A stretch of DNA of 62,506 bases, filler included, from Porpidia crustulata (taxonomy: Eukaryota): the NCBI GenBank assembly GCA_964255105.1. It is 6 parts of 6 records of this genome, joined end to end, with 100 filler letters (N's around TTAATTAATTAA, not from the genome) between each part and the next. Parts side by side here need not be neighbours in the genome. Positions count along the whole stretch, not along the records: positions 41,760 to 52,085 come from CAXUWE010000790.1; positions 52,186 to 62,506 come from CAXUWE010000791.1; 4 more parts are not named here. One strand, 5' to 3'. The notes under the pieces are model-generated. The model was not told the DNA's origin, did not search any database, and saw only the letters and a program-made list of their open reading frames with translations. Position numbers and translations under genes: made by a program. Shown here piece after piece: positions 51,436-62,506 of the stretch; within the stretch, counting starts at the first letter, position 1, and every line of letters begins with the position of its first letter.

Positions 51436-52085
51436 TCATCGATGAATCACCAGCACATCGCCCCATGCCTTTAAGCGCCCCGTCAGTTCTCTCTCGCTAA
51501 TGCCTAGCTCCGTGCAAATCTCGTCGAAACAGTGCGTCCCGTCCAGAAACCTCTTGAGGTCCGCATCTCCCGCGCCAGCGCCGTGGCCCTCACCCTCATT
51601 CTTGCCTATTCCGGCAGCTAGTCCTTTGCCCTTGGCTTTGGAGCTATTAGAAGCGGCGATGGCGTACTTGTGCACCCGATACAGAAACCCTTTGATGACG
51701 CCAAACGTCACGAAGCGCCTCACATCGACGCCCTCAAGGACGTCGGCGTGCTCCATGTACCACGCCCGCACCGGCTGGCCCTGCTTGAAGAAGCAATAAA
51801 GCTCGACGAGCGCGGTACCGCCGAGCTGGCGGGCGTTGGGGCCGGGGACGGCGATGTATCGGGAGCATTCCTCCTGCATATCTGTGCTCTGGACGAAAGC
51901 ATCGAGTTCCGGGGTGGGTGCGTACATGGCAGCGAAGCTGAAGACATCGAGGAGGACGACACAGCCGTAGTAGAGGAGGTGCTTGATTGCTTCTTTCACG
52001 AGGCGGTAATCGGCGTGGGCGCGCAGGGCGATTTGACGAACGCTGTTGACGCCGTCGATATGCGGGAGGATGAGGAGCATGGTAA
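51436..52085 (-). CDS. NPR2: Nitrogen permease regulator 2 (GATOR1/SEACIT subunit), 3' part; 5' end lost at contig edge
   Basis: TMLLILPHIDGVNSVRQIA..KHLLYYG, DVRRFVTFGVIKGFLYRVHKY and LDGTHCFDEICTEL. Confidence 0.92.
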
Positions 52086-52185
52086 NNNNNNNNNNNNNNN
52101 NNNNNNNNNNNNNNNNNNNNNNNNNNNNNTTAATTAATTAANNNNNNNNNNNNNNNNNNNNNNNNNNNNNNNNNNNNNNNNNNNN
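52086..52185. other. Artificial contig linker
   Basis: 44N-TTAATTAATTAA-44N. Confidence 0.98.
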
Positions 52186-52212
52186 CCCACCCACCCATCC
52201 AACAAGCTAAAC

Positions 52213-55200
52213 CTAAACCTCCTCACCATCCTCCTCAGCCACATTGTCATGAAAAGTCTTACCCTCCGTCGTACGATTGATAACCCCAACCCGAATGACA
52301 AAATCCCCAAACCGCTCGCCCTCTTGCCTCTCGCCCGCGTAACGCTTGAGCAAGAGCTTCATAATAGCCAAAATCTCCTCCTCCTGGATGGAACTGCGGT
52401 AGAGCTTGTTGAGGCGGTGGCCGTGGTAGCCGCCGCCGAGGTACATATTGTAGGCGCCATAGGCCTTGCCGACGAAGGCGACCTCGGCGAGCCAGGGGCG
52501 GGCGCAGCCGTTAGGGCAGCCGGTCATGCGCATCACGATGCTGTCCTGCGCGAGCCCGTTCTCCTCCAGGCAGGTCTCGAGCTTGGCGATGAGCTCGGGC
52601 AGGTAGCGTTCGGATTCGGCCATGGCGAGACCGCAGGTAGGGAAGGCGACGCAGGCGCTGGAGCTGAGGCGGAGGCCGGAGAAGTGCACGTTGTCGAGCT
52701 TGTGTTTTTTCATCAGGGCTTTGATGGTGTCCATTTCTGGGTCCGGGACGTTGGAGAGACAGAGGTGCTGGTTTCCGGTGAGGCGGAACTCGCCCTTGTG
52801 GATTTTTGCGATTTCGCGGAGGCCGGTTTTCATGGGGTACTCTGCCGTGTCTTCGACGCGGCCGTTTTCAATAAAAAATGTGAAGTGGTTCATGCCAAAT
52901 TCGTCTTTTTGCCAGCCAAAGGTGTCGATGTTGGATTTGAATTCAAAGGGGCGGGGATCCTCAAATTTATACCCTAAGAGGTCTTCGACTTTACTTTTAA
53001 ACACGTCAACACCCATGTCATCAATGGTGTACTTTAGCCTTGCGTGCTTGCGATTCGTACGGTCTCCGTTATCACGCTGCACTAGCATGATTTTTTCGCA
53101 GGCAAAGTGGACTTTGTTCGCGGGCACGTAGCCTAGCATGCTGCCTGTACGGGGGTAGGTCTTCTTGTTATTGTGTGTAACGCCCATGCCTCCACCTGCT
53201 AGCACGTTGAAGCCTTCGAGGCGGCCGTTGGGGCCTTTGATCGCAATCAGACCAACATCGTGGGCATAGACATCCGTGTCATTGTGAGGCGGGATGGCGA
53301 TAGTGATCTTGAATTTCCGGGGAAGATAGGTTGGACCATAGAGAGGTTCGTGATCGACAATTGCGTCGCCAGCAATCTTGGTCTGCTTATCATTCTCATC
53401 TTTGAGCCAGATCTCATGGTATGCGGTTGTTGCTGGGAGAAGATGGTCACTAATCTTTGCCGACACCTGATGGACATCACGGTGGTACGCTGATTTGGTA
53501 GGTAGGACACTACACATGACATTCCGATTGACGTCTCCGCAAGCCGCAATGGTTGTCATAAGGGCTTTGTTGATACCCCTCATGGCCGGTTTTAGTTTGC
53601 TTTTGATTACACCATGAAATTGAAAGGTCTGGCGAGTCGTGAGCTTCATTGTCTCGTTTCCATAAGCACCACTGATATGGTCCATCTGTAACCACTGCTC
53701 TGGAGTAGCAACACCGCCGTTCAGCCGACAGCGGATCATAAATGCATACGCAGGCTCGAGACCTTGCGCTTTGCGATCATCACGAAGATCTCGATCATCT
53801 TGCATATAGGTTCCGTGGAACTTGGTGAGCTGCTGGTCTGCAGCGGCAATGGCTCCAGTACTTGAATCTTCGAGACCTTCAGCAATGGTGCCACGGAGGA
53901 AGTTTGACTGGATCTTGATATCTTCATTGGTTATTGGTGGAGGCTCCTCTGGCAAGCCCTCAACCTTGTCCACTCCGAGTGCTTGCCACAATTTAGGCTC
54001 CCATTCCACGTAAGCAGTCTGATAACCATCGGGATCCTGATCATCGCCGAGTCCTATATCGGCTAGACGCTTTCCCTGAAGGAATGAGAGCCGCGCATCC
54101 AGATCTTTCCCAGATTTGTTGTAGTAAATCTTGTCCTCTTTCCTGGGCCAGTAATGGCTGTCTCCCAGAGCAAAAACGGAATACTTGATTTGAGACAAAT
54201 CCAGCTCAGCGTTATTCCTGATAGCTTCCCAGAATGCACGTCCATTCTGCGGGAACTCTCCTTGGCCTGCAACACTGGTAAAAAGAACCACATTCTCTTC
54301 CCCAGGGAGATCTTCCAACGGGTACTCATCCATAGCCATGACTAAAGTCTTCAATCCTCTGGCTTTCCCACGGTTTCCGAGTCGCTTGGCAAGACTTTCA
54401 GCGTTTCCATTGTCTGAAGCGAATAGAATAGTCATTGGCGCCCCGTAGAGGCCATCAAGCATCTTCTCATACGCGTTCTTTGCTCTTCGCTTTTGAAGAG
54501 CGCGTACTTCAGAGCCATATGATTCTGACAAATTAGCAGAAAAATCTGGATGTCTGTTCATTAATTGAGTCATGTGATTATCTCTGCGTAAAAACTCTTC
54601 CAGCTCTTGCTTGATTCGCTCGGAATCGAGTTGAAAATTCGGCTCGCCTTTATCCTCATTCTGGGGATTCCATCGGTACAACGGCCAATAACCAAGATCG
54701 ACAGCCTTCTTCGTTTCTTGCAGGACGACTAAAGGCGAGTCGTTCTCCTTGTTGTAAGGAAGGTAGGCTACAATCACCGAAGGTCCTTCGAATCGGTCTG
54801 CTTCAATCATTGCTTCGAGGACTTGCGTATACGAGCTGTACACAGCCACAGATGCAACGTATGCATTCCCAAAATTCATAGCGTAGAGCCCAATGTCCTT
54901 CTTTCTTCGTACTGCATCAGCCGCTGCTCGTTCCGACCATGGCTGTGAATCGATGATCAACATGTTTACATTCGCTCCTGACGCGATGACATGGTGGACT
55001 CCCGAATTACCAAGATCATAAGCCCAGGCGTCAGATCCGATGAGCCATTGAGATTCCTTAAAGAATAGGGATTTAGAGGAAAGGAGCCGCGAAGCTAATC
55101 TTGATCCGTCGGTATCAAGTCGTGCAATGACCTCCGGAGCCAGGGAATTGGCTTTCGTGGAATCTTCTGCAGAGAGCGCCCACTTTGAAAGCCAGCTTCG

Positions 55201-56919
55201 AGGTGTATCCGTAGTGAAGTCTTGAGTTGTCGCCGCTGCTTGAACCTCGCTCACAAAACGTTTCCGATGATCCATTCGCGCGAGAAGCGAACCGAAGCCG
55301 TACTCAGGGTTCGCCGCGACAGTGGCAGATACCCCAGCGTGTGCGGCATCAGATCGATTAGCAAGATACAATCTTTGTCCGAATACCTGATTAAGGATTT
55401 TCATGTATGCGCTTTCGACTTTTGGCTGGTGAAGACTGTACTCAGCGAGAGGAGCTTGTGGCCACTCATTGTTGCCAATTTCAAGATTTTGAATAGGAGA
55501 TGTTGAATTGAGGTTCTGGAAAACCCCGCGTAGCGCTTGACGAGCAGTAGCACGCTCGATGTAACCAAGCTGATAGCCTACGACTAGAGGAGTCCTTCCA
55601 CTGGACGGCCCAGTTCTGAGACTTGTCAGTACATCGAGCAAGACGGGTCCCCATTTGGTAGTCTTCTTTCGAATCTGTTCCAGTACTGCGATTCTATTAA
55701 TAGACGAAGGTATCGATTCAGCCAATAAAGTACCAAGCCACGGTCTATAGAGACGGGCTGTGATGATTCCACATTTGGCAAACTCGTCGGATGGCTTTGC
55801 TGCCAGAATTCCGTCAACGAATAAACCAGTGGATCCAAATATAAACAAGGCCGACTCAGCATCATCTGGGCCTGAATATTCGAAGGCCTGATAATTTCGA
55901 CCGGTAATCGAAGCAAATTCAGACCAGATCCCAAGCAGAAACTCATAGATATCTGTGGACGTGAGAGATCTACTTGAAACAGATCCCATTGAGGTCACGG
56001 AGGAGATCGTAGGCCTGCTATCTGCACTGCTCTCACGAACTGATGAGCCAACAGACGAACCATCTCCATTTCTACCCCTCCCTTGCGACTGAGCGGGAGT
56101 TGTCTTTGCCACGGCAACTTCCTGGCTGCTGGCTGTCGGAATACTAGGCTCTGAGATATTCACCTGCCTTCCTTCATCGACATACAATGAAGTGCCGCCA
56201 ATGGAGGTGGACTGAAAAGCCCTTGCAGAGTCTATATTCAACAGGCTCTTAACTACATTACCATCCTCAGCCTGGATAGGATCATCGTCTTTCGAATTTG
56301 CGGCATCAAAGAAGTGTATGACACCTTTCCCAGACTTCAGAGCCAATGCATGTGCCGAAAGGGCAATGTCCTGACCCTCCTGGATCGTCTCCGACTGTAG
56401 GAACGTGAATCCAGACTGTCGGATCGCCGTGATCTCCGAGTAGTCTGGATGATTTGACGGATGTAGGGATACATGTATTACTATCGGGTACTGGGCCAGT
56501 TTGTAGAGATGGGGAATGGAGGAGAGGAGGACCGATGAAGATGTTGTGACCGAGACCAATTTGCCAGTACGCAGCGGTTGGAAAGCGGATAGGAATGGGT
56601 CAACATTATGTCGTAAGGCTCGTACCTATATTGAATTTTAGTATGCAGGGTTGATCATTCCTGTAGGGCGGCGTACTTCAGGGATTTCCTTCGCAATCAG
56701 GCCAGGCCATTTCGCTACGGCGAGTGCGTGCAAGTGTCTTGAGAACTCTGAGTCAGTATTGAGAGCCGGTTGAACGGAGAGCACTACATCGCTGGCAATA
56801 TATGCTATCCTCGCGACTGCAGATCGATCAGCAAACAATCTCTATGCACAAACCCCCACTTAGTGGGGCAGATGGACATTGATCATACCTGCTTCGCCAA
56901 CAGAAGCAATGGATGTCAT
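52213..56919 (-). CDS. MET5: Sulfite reductase (NADPH) beta subunit, 3 exons
   Basis: PFOR-like N-terminal region, flavodoxin domain (FASDNGNAE, SVAGQGEFP), hemoprotein domain with CVAFPTC and MTGCPNGC siroheme/4Fe-4S ligands; exon 1 MTSIASVGEA. Confidence 0.97.
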
Positions 56920-59425
56920 ATTTCGGTTTAACAATGGCTTACGGAAAAGAAGAAGATGTAGAAAATAGGAAAACAAGAATAGACTAAAGGGATTATTATC
57001 ATCATATCATTAATCATGACGAGAAGTCCAAAGGCAAACTCTGGAGAGACTTTTTGTCATTGACGACTCGATGATTGGCTAATTCCTGAGCACGTAATCC
57101 ACTAGGCTCTGATTAGTAATGGCTTGCTTAGGTAAGATGGGAATCTGGATTCACCATTCATCCATATGAGAGCAGAAACAATTGACAACAGATTTGGATC
57201 GGACAATAATTCAAGTATCATAAGGCCAAGTCATCAATGTATCGATTAGGAAAATCGAGTCTGTTGAGCTCTCGAGTCCATCTACTTATCCGGAAAGCGA
57301 TCATTGTTAATGGCTATTTGCACCCATTGAAGCGACAGATAGATTGTTCTGACCAGATCAATTTGAAAAGAACTCCATGGCCGAAGAGACGACAAATTGA
57401 GTCTGATCCCCGGCAATGCCGACAAGAATGCCAACATCCTCAGCGTCCGTTCAATGAATATGCGCCCATGCAACGGATACCTTGCTTTATTAGCCACGTT
57501 GGTCTTTCGAAGAGGCCACTCAGCTTTTCTTAGATCGATGAATGATTGACTCGTCATTACTACAACTGCATATACGATCCATTTCGTCCTTTTTCCTTTC
57601 AGCGTTCCTTTGAAAATGAACTATCAGTAAGCAATCCTTTCTTTGATACATCCTGAAGTGTCGGACGTTAAAACTGTTCCTCTGTCAGCCTGCATTTCAA
57701 AGTATTGAAGTAGCTAGAAAATATGGATATGTAATGGTTGTGCAGATCCCAATTTGGGCTGCTTCTTTCTGTTGCAATATGTGTAAGTTGGGTTCCTACG
57801 ACTCTATGCAACTCACATTGGCTAGATCTCCTGTTGAGCCATGGTCTACAAAGTAATTCAATGACTTTCCGATGCTATGATACTGATATTGTCAAGTCTA
57901 TCTTGGCGTGCTTTGAAATCTTGACTCGTTCGATAGGGACACTTATAGTAGCGAACACTTCCGAGTATTTCTGCTCCAAAAGAACCAATTAGAACAAAAT
58001 GCTGTATGGCTGACCGTGCCTCGCGGTTGTGAACGATGCTAATTGATATACATGGCATTGAAGATTTTTTCCGGCTTTTTTCAATACTGCCACTAATAGA
58101 GCGTTGAATATTATCCAGCAGTAAGACACTCGCAGGACGTTGTTTGACTCCTCGATTGCCTGCACATTATGTTATCTATACCTTGAAGACAATGCCCATC
58201 TTCTTGTCACTCGAGATTGGTACGTTGTCTAAGCCTCTGCCATTGCGTTTAGTTCTACTTCCTGGGCCCCAAACGCAATACAACAAGCAACATCCGATAG
58301 ACCCAGGACTGCAGAAGGCGGCGCTATGGATTCGTTGGTGACTTATTTTCACCTGACAACAATTATTCCCGCTTCAGGGCACAAGGTTGAGGTGCTGAGA
58401 TATTGAAATACTGTCTGGTCCTCGGCCAGAGAACTTAGTTCCGGGCTCGATGCGGCACCTAATCCACCGCCAATGTCCGTCGGCCGACCTCCGTAGAAGT
58501 AAAAATCAAGCAGGAATGAATATAGTGCTGCGCCCCATGGCAAAATCCACAAGTATGAGATTAGCCGCAAGCACACAGCAAACAACTAACGGGCCTAGGC
58601 TCGTTAGCAAAGAGGAATGAGAGGAGCGGTGTCGAATATGATGTCCTCTATACACGATTGGTCGGCATCTGGCGTTATGCTCCAATACGCCTCTCTTTTT
58701 TCTCGACGCTGATCGTGACAGTCTTCCAGAGCCAATGTCTGAAGTTGCATGGCAAGCTGTTGGCTTCTCTACCGCCCAGAAAATTCCGTTGTCATTGGCT
58801 AAACTTTGCCCCGAATACGATCATGTCGGCCAAGTAGGAGTTCCACTAGACATAGCATATCTGGTTTCTTCCACCCTCTAATAACAATTCTTGGAGAAAG
58901 TCGGTCATTTGGACGACAAGCATGTGAATTTTTGACACCCATCATCAGTTAACGAAAGCGTGCTAGATATAAGCTGAATAAGTGACAGTTGCTACATAAG
59001 CCTGAGACAACACAAAGGAGATGAGATTCGGAGTTTTGTGATCATTTGGCATAATAATCGAATGGGATATTCAAGGAGTAGTCTTGTGAGAACGGGTACT
59101 TCACGCGTTACATCATTAACGTTCAAGAAAAGATGTACATATCATACATCGTACACTCTGTGAGATGCTTTTGGTTACCGTGACACGTACAAATTGACCG
59201 TGGAAACCTATGTGCCAATTCAGCCAGTCACCTCTCGCTAAGAAGATACTTAGCCCTAACCCTATGTATGATGACCGGTTGAGGGGTATGATCGAGTGAG
59301 AGATGAGTGAGAGTCAATCATAAGCACGAATGACACCGCTAGGTACAGACTTGGCTGCTTAGATTTGAGTATCCACAGCTATTTCGACCGAAGTATTTGT
59401 TTCCCATGTCTTGACAGCGTCTACG

Positions 59426-60360
59426 ATGGATGAGAAGACTAGTATTGAAAGTGACCCTACTCCCCATAACTCTCCTTCATCACATTGGTACCGCATGCCG
59501 AATTTACGGCTCTCCCACTCGCGTCGAATACTTATAGTAATCCTTTCTTTGCTTCTACCTGTCTATGTACTTCTCCGATTCCTGAATTTCTCCGGTACAA
59601 CATTCTGGGACTATGATTCTTCATTAGTGCCGCAAGTTCAGACAACTTTGGCCACCAACGCATCTGCTCTGGTGCCCTTGGAAGCCCATGTCATGTCCAA
59701 ATGCCCTGATGCTCGGGACTGCCTCCGGGACTTGATTGTTCCTGCCATGGAGAAGATTGCGGATGAGGTGGAATTTCGGCTTTCATTCATTGCAACGTGA
59801 GTTCCTGCTGTCCTTCTGTCCAAGACTGAAGTGTTTCCTGAGCCTCGATCCTCCGCCCTGCCGTCGAGACTTACGTGACCGACATCGTTTGTGTCCACCT
59901 AGATGACGCATGGCTGATCATGATATTGCTATCTAGCATCGACTCCGATGACGGTATCCATTGCATGCACGGCGAAACCGAATGCCTGGGCAACATGCTC
60001 TCCCTCTGCGCCCACAGTCTCTTCCCGAATAATACCCGCATCTCCCTCGGCTTCAGTACCTGCCTCATCATGTCCTATCGCCGCATTCCTGACCGCGACC
60101 TCGTTGAGAACTGTGCCCTAGAACATGGCATAGAATTTGAGAAGATCAATGCGTGTATCAGCGATGAGGGCAAGGGATTGGACCTGCTAATGGACAGTGT
60201 GGAAAGGAGTCTGAATGCTGGTGTGAAGAAGAGCTGTACAGTGAGGGTCGGTGGGGAAACTTGGTGTGTCAGGGATGGAGGTGAATGGAAGGATTGTGAT
60301 GGGGGCCACGAGGTTGATGACTTGGTCAAAGAGGTCAAGAGGCGGTATAAAATACGATGA
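59426..60360 (+). CDS. GILT (gamma-interferon-inducible lysosomal thiol reductase)-like protein, 2 exons (intron 59797-59936)
   Basis: N-terminal TM anchor; VPLEAHVMSKCPDARDC, CMHGETECLGN, KSCTVRV and CVRDGGEWKDC. Confidence 0.88.
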
Positions 60361-61427
60361 GGAGTTGTCGGATAGCGTTTCAGGTTTCGTCTTTTTGGAC
60401 TTTTACAAGGAAATACCCGCTATCAAAAGAAAGGCATTTACAAACCCCCCTGGTGATGTCGGACAGATTATCAAATGACAACCTGAGGACGTCGCTTGTC
60501 TTTTCATCGTTGAGGGGTCGCGCACGAATAAGGAAAAGCATGGATGAGTTCCCAAGGTCAGTACGAACCAACCCTCGATCTAATCTGCAAGTTTCTTGCA
60601 CAGGTGCAAATATTGGTTTTCTCATTCTACACGTGGTGTACCACTTGAGTACTGCCAGACTCGGAGTTGTCTTAATGAAAGTATTGCAAACCATCATTTA
60701 AAGCGGCTCCTTGTGCGATCACAAACGAATCTGAAGTGCAGACTTTTGGTGAGTCTACGATCCACAAGTACTGATGGGCATTCGATGGGTCGACCATCCG
60801 GTCGGGTCCTACAGTGGGTCACTCATCCCAACTTCTCCCACGCTTGACTATTCTCTTTGCCACCGAGCCCTCAAGGAATCGTCTTCCATGGCTCGTGTAT
60901 TGCCAAAGCTTGGTTCTTCCCTCTTCAAGCTGAGATTCTACAATTCTACGATTGGACGCAGTCCGGTGAGAATGTGAGAGACAAAATCTCATAGCCATCA
61001 GCCACAGCTTCTAATCTTTCGGGAATTCTTTCACATACGATTGCCAACCTATTACTCATCGCGAAATCTCCAGCAGAGTTTTCCAACCAATCTGTGGATG
61101 GATTGGTGCCAGCGATTATGAATTAAGATCGAAGGATATTTGCTCAAAAACCCAATCTTTATGCTTGCCAAGCTCGTGGACCACTCTGTCGGACCCTTAT
61201 AATGGCGCTGCATCATCCTGAAACGACCAAAGTGCGCACATTTCCAAGGTTGGAGACTCTCAAGGGTACTCTAAGACGATTCAATGAGGATTGCCCTCCG
61301 ATTCCTCCGTCTGAAGGGGAGTAGCGGAAGCTCGCAATCCGGTACCATGCGCACAGTCATTTTCTCAAGGCAAAACTTGCCCCAACGAATTTCTTATTCT
61401 GATTGTGCCACTCGCCTGGTTGAACCA

Positions 61428-61560
61428 TATAAACCTCCTTCTCTTTCTCTTGATATCAATTCCAACCTTCTTTCACTTCCCAACTCTCACACTCGTTCTC
61501 TCACTCGTCCTCAAAGCTATTCTCTCACTCGTTCAATACCTGTATCCTTTCATTCTGCAA
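61428..61560 (+). promoter_or_regulatory. TATA box and CT-rich leader upstream of ATG 61563
   Basis: TATAAA at 61428 followed by a pyrimidine-rich tract with repeated CTCTCACTCGT, typical of strongly expressed fungal genes. Confidence 0.55.
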
Positions 61561-61562
61561 TC

Positions 61563-62506
61563 ATGAAGAGCGGCTTCGCTCTTGCGGCTCTCACGGCCCT
61601 TCCCTCTGCCCTTGCAGTCCTCCGCCCGCCGATCTCTCTCAACGGCACTATCTTTGTCAATGCAACAAGGTCTATCAATGAGACTTTTGCCGTCAATGGA
61701 ACCATCAACGTCAATTTCACCACTGGCAGCAACAACACCCTCACCATCAACGGAAGCGTCGACGTCGATTCCTCCGATAGCGAGACCCTGTCTCGCCGTC
61801 CCGCTGAAGAGAAGTTCGTCTGCCGGGGATCTGATTGCCCCACACTTCGCATCCCCTTGAGCGAACCCATCATCACCCCCATTGACGGGGTAAGCTGCAT
61901 AGGCCGTGAGTGCTACAGTCATCCCCCCGTCACTACCGATATTCCGGATTTTCCAATCGATCTCGATCATGTCGTTGGCGTCGAACCTGAGTGCCGTGAT
62001 CTAGACGGTCACCTTAGCGATCGCTGCATCCCTCACCCGCCCGTTGACGATTTCGATTGCATCGGTCCTGCCTGCCCCGAACGCTATTGGCGTAGTAGCA
62101 AAGTCGTGCCTCGTCAGCCCGCTGACGAGTACATGTGTAACGGCTTTAATTGTCAAGACGGAAAGACTCGCAGGTCCACCGTGGTCGATCCCCTGTTCAA
62201 CTCCCCAATGATCAACAATTACATCAGGACGACGACCAACAGCGAAAACACCATCAACACGATCAATCCGGTCCACATCAACGCCAACATCTCCATCACT
62301 GTCCTCGCCGCCTTCAAACTCAACGTGATCAATTACTACCAACCCTCGCCGTTGTACTTCATCGCCAAGTTCTGCTCCGCGTGCGAGCTCATCTACGTCC
62401 TGAAGCCGAACAACACCATCGTCGAGGCCCCCGCGTGTTCGACCTGCGCACCAGCTCCATCGAACCCCCTCACCATCGTTCCCACCGGCCGCTTCAACTA
62501 CACCAT
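61563..62506 (+). CDS. Secreted modular Cys/Asn-rich protein of unknown family, open to the window end (at least 314 aa); absent from the ORF track
   Basis: Manual translation is stop-free from ATG 61563: MKSGFALAALTALPSALA|VLRPPISLNGTIFVNATRSINETF.. with strong C-ending codon bias and an upstream TATA box. Confidence 0.85.
   Translation, partial: MKSGFALAALTALPSALAVLRPPISLNGTIFVNATRSINETFAVNGTINVNFTTGSNNTLTINGSVDVDSSDSETLSRRPAEEKFVCRGSDCPTLRIPLSEPIITPIDGVSCIGRECYSHPPVTTDIPDFPIDLDHVVGVEPECRDLDGHLSDRCIPHPPVDDFDCIGPACPERYWRSSKVVPRQPADEYMCNGFNCQDGKTRRSTVVDPLFNSPMINNYIRTTTNSENTINTINPVHINANISITVLAAFKLNVINYYQPSPLYFIAKFCSACELIYVLKPNNTIVEAPACSTCAPAPSNPLTIVPTGRFNYT

Noticed and set aside
52249..53131. 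Long antisense ORFs over MET5 (also over NGG1, the RING gene, NPR2 and the last secreted gene)
   Set aside because: Shadow frames expected from GC3-rich codon usage of the real genes.
55960..56170. Ser-rich insertion in MET5 as a possible intein or unspliced intron
   Set aside because: No intein terminal residues or clear splice signals; looks like a low-complexity linker.
37723..56919. NCS2, MET5 and GILT-like as a sulfur/thiol cluster
   Set aside because: NCS2 is on a different contig; MET5 and GILT adjacency alone is not evidence.

Overview
Genomic DNA of a filamentous ascomycete (Pezizomycotina type: short GT-AG introns with CTRAY branch sites and clear orthologues of fungal housekeeping genes); the species cannot be determined from the sequence alone. 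The window is not one locus. Five identical 100-nt artificial linkers (44 N + TTAATTAATTAA + 44 N) join six contigs of decreasing length (10352, 10344, 10333, 10330, 10326, 10321 bp), so gene neighbourhood is only meaningful within a contig. Contig 1: AHC1-like, Alba-like, a small secreted Cys-rich protein and an uncharacterised membrane protein. Contig 2: 5' part of SEC62, a gene-poor stretch, a PH-domain protein and a conserved hypothetical gene. Contig 3: NmrA-like, SDR, ABM-like barrel protein, amino-acid/choline permease and MFS transporter. Contig 4: DCP2, DUF4112, NCS2 and PTM1-like. Contig 5: an orphan membrane protein, NGG1/ADA3, a PA-TM-RING E3 ligase and the 3' part of NPR2. Contig 6: MET5, a GILT-like thiol reductase, and a secreted protein missing from the ORF track. 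That last protein (61563 to window end) is the most unusual object: signal peptide, seven exactly hexa-periodic N-glycosylation sequons, four CxGxxC modules with basic-pair sites, then CxxC pairs. Next is a 107-aa secreted protein with a duplicated CxC-x22-C motif. Exon structures were assembled by eye and family calls are from motif recognition, not database searches.
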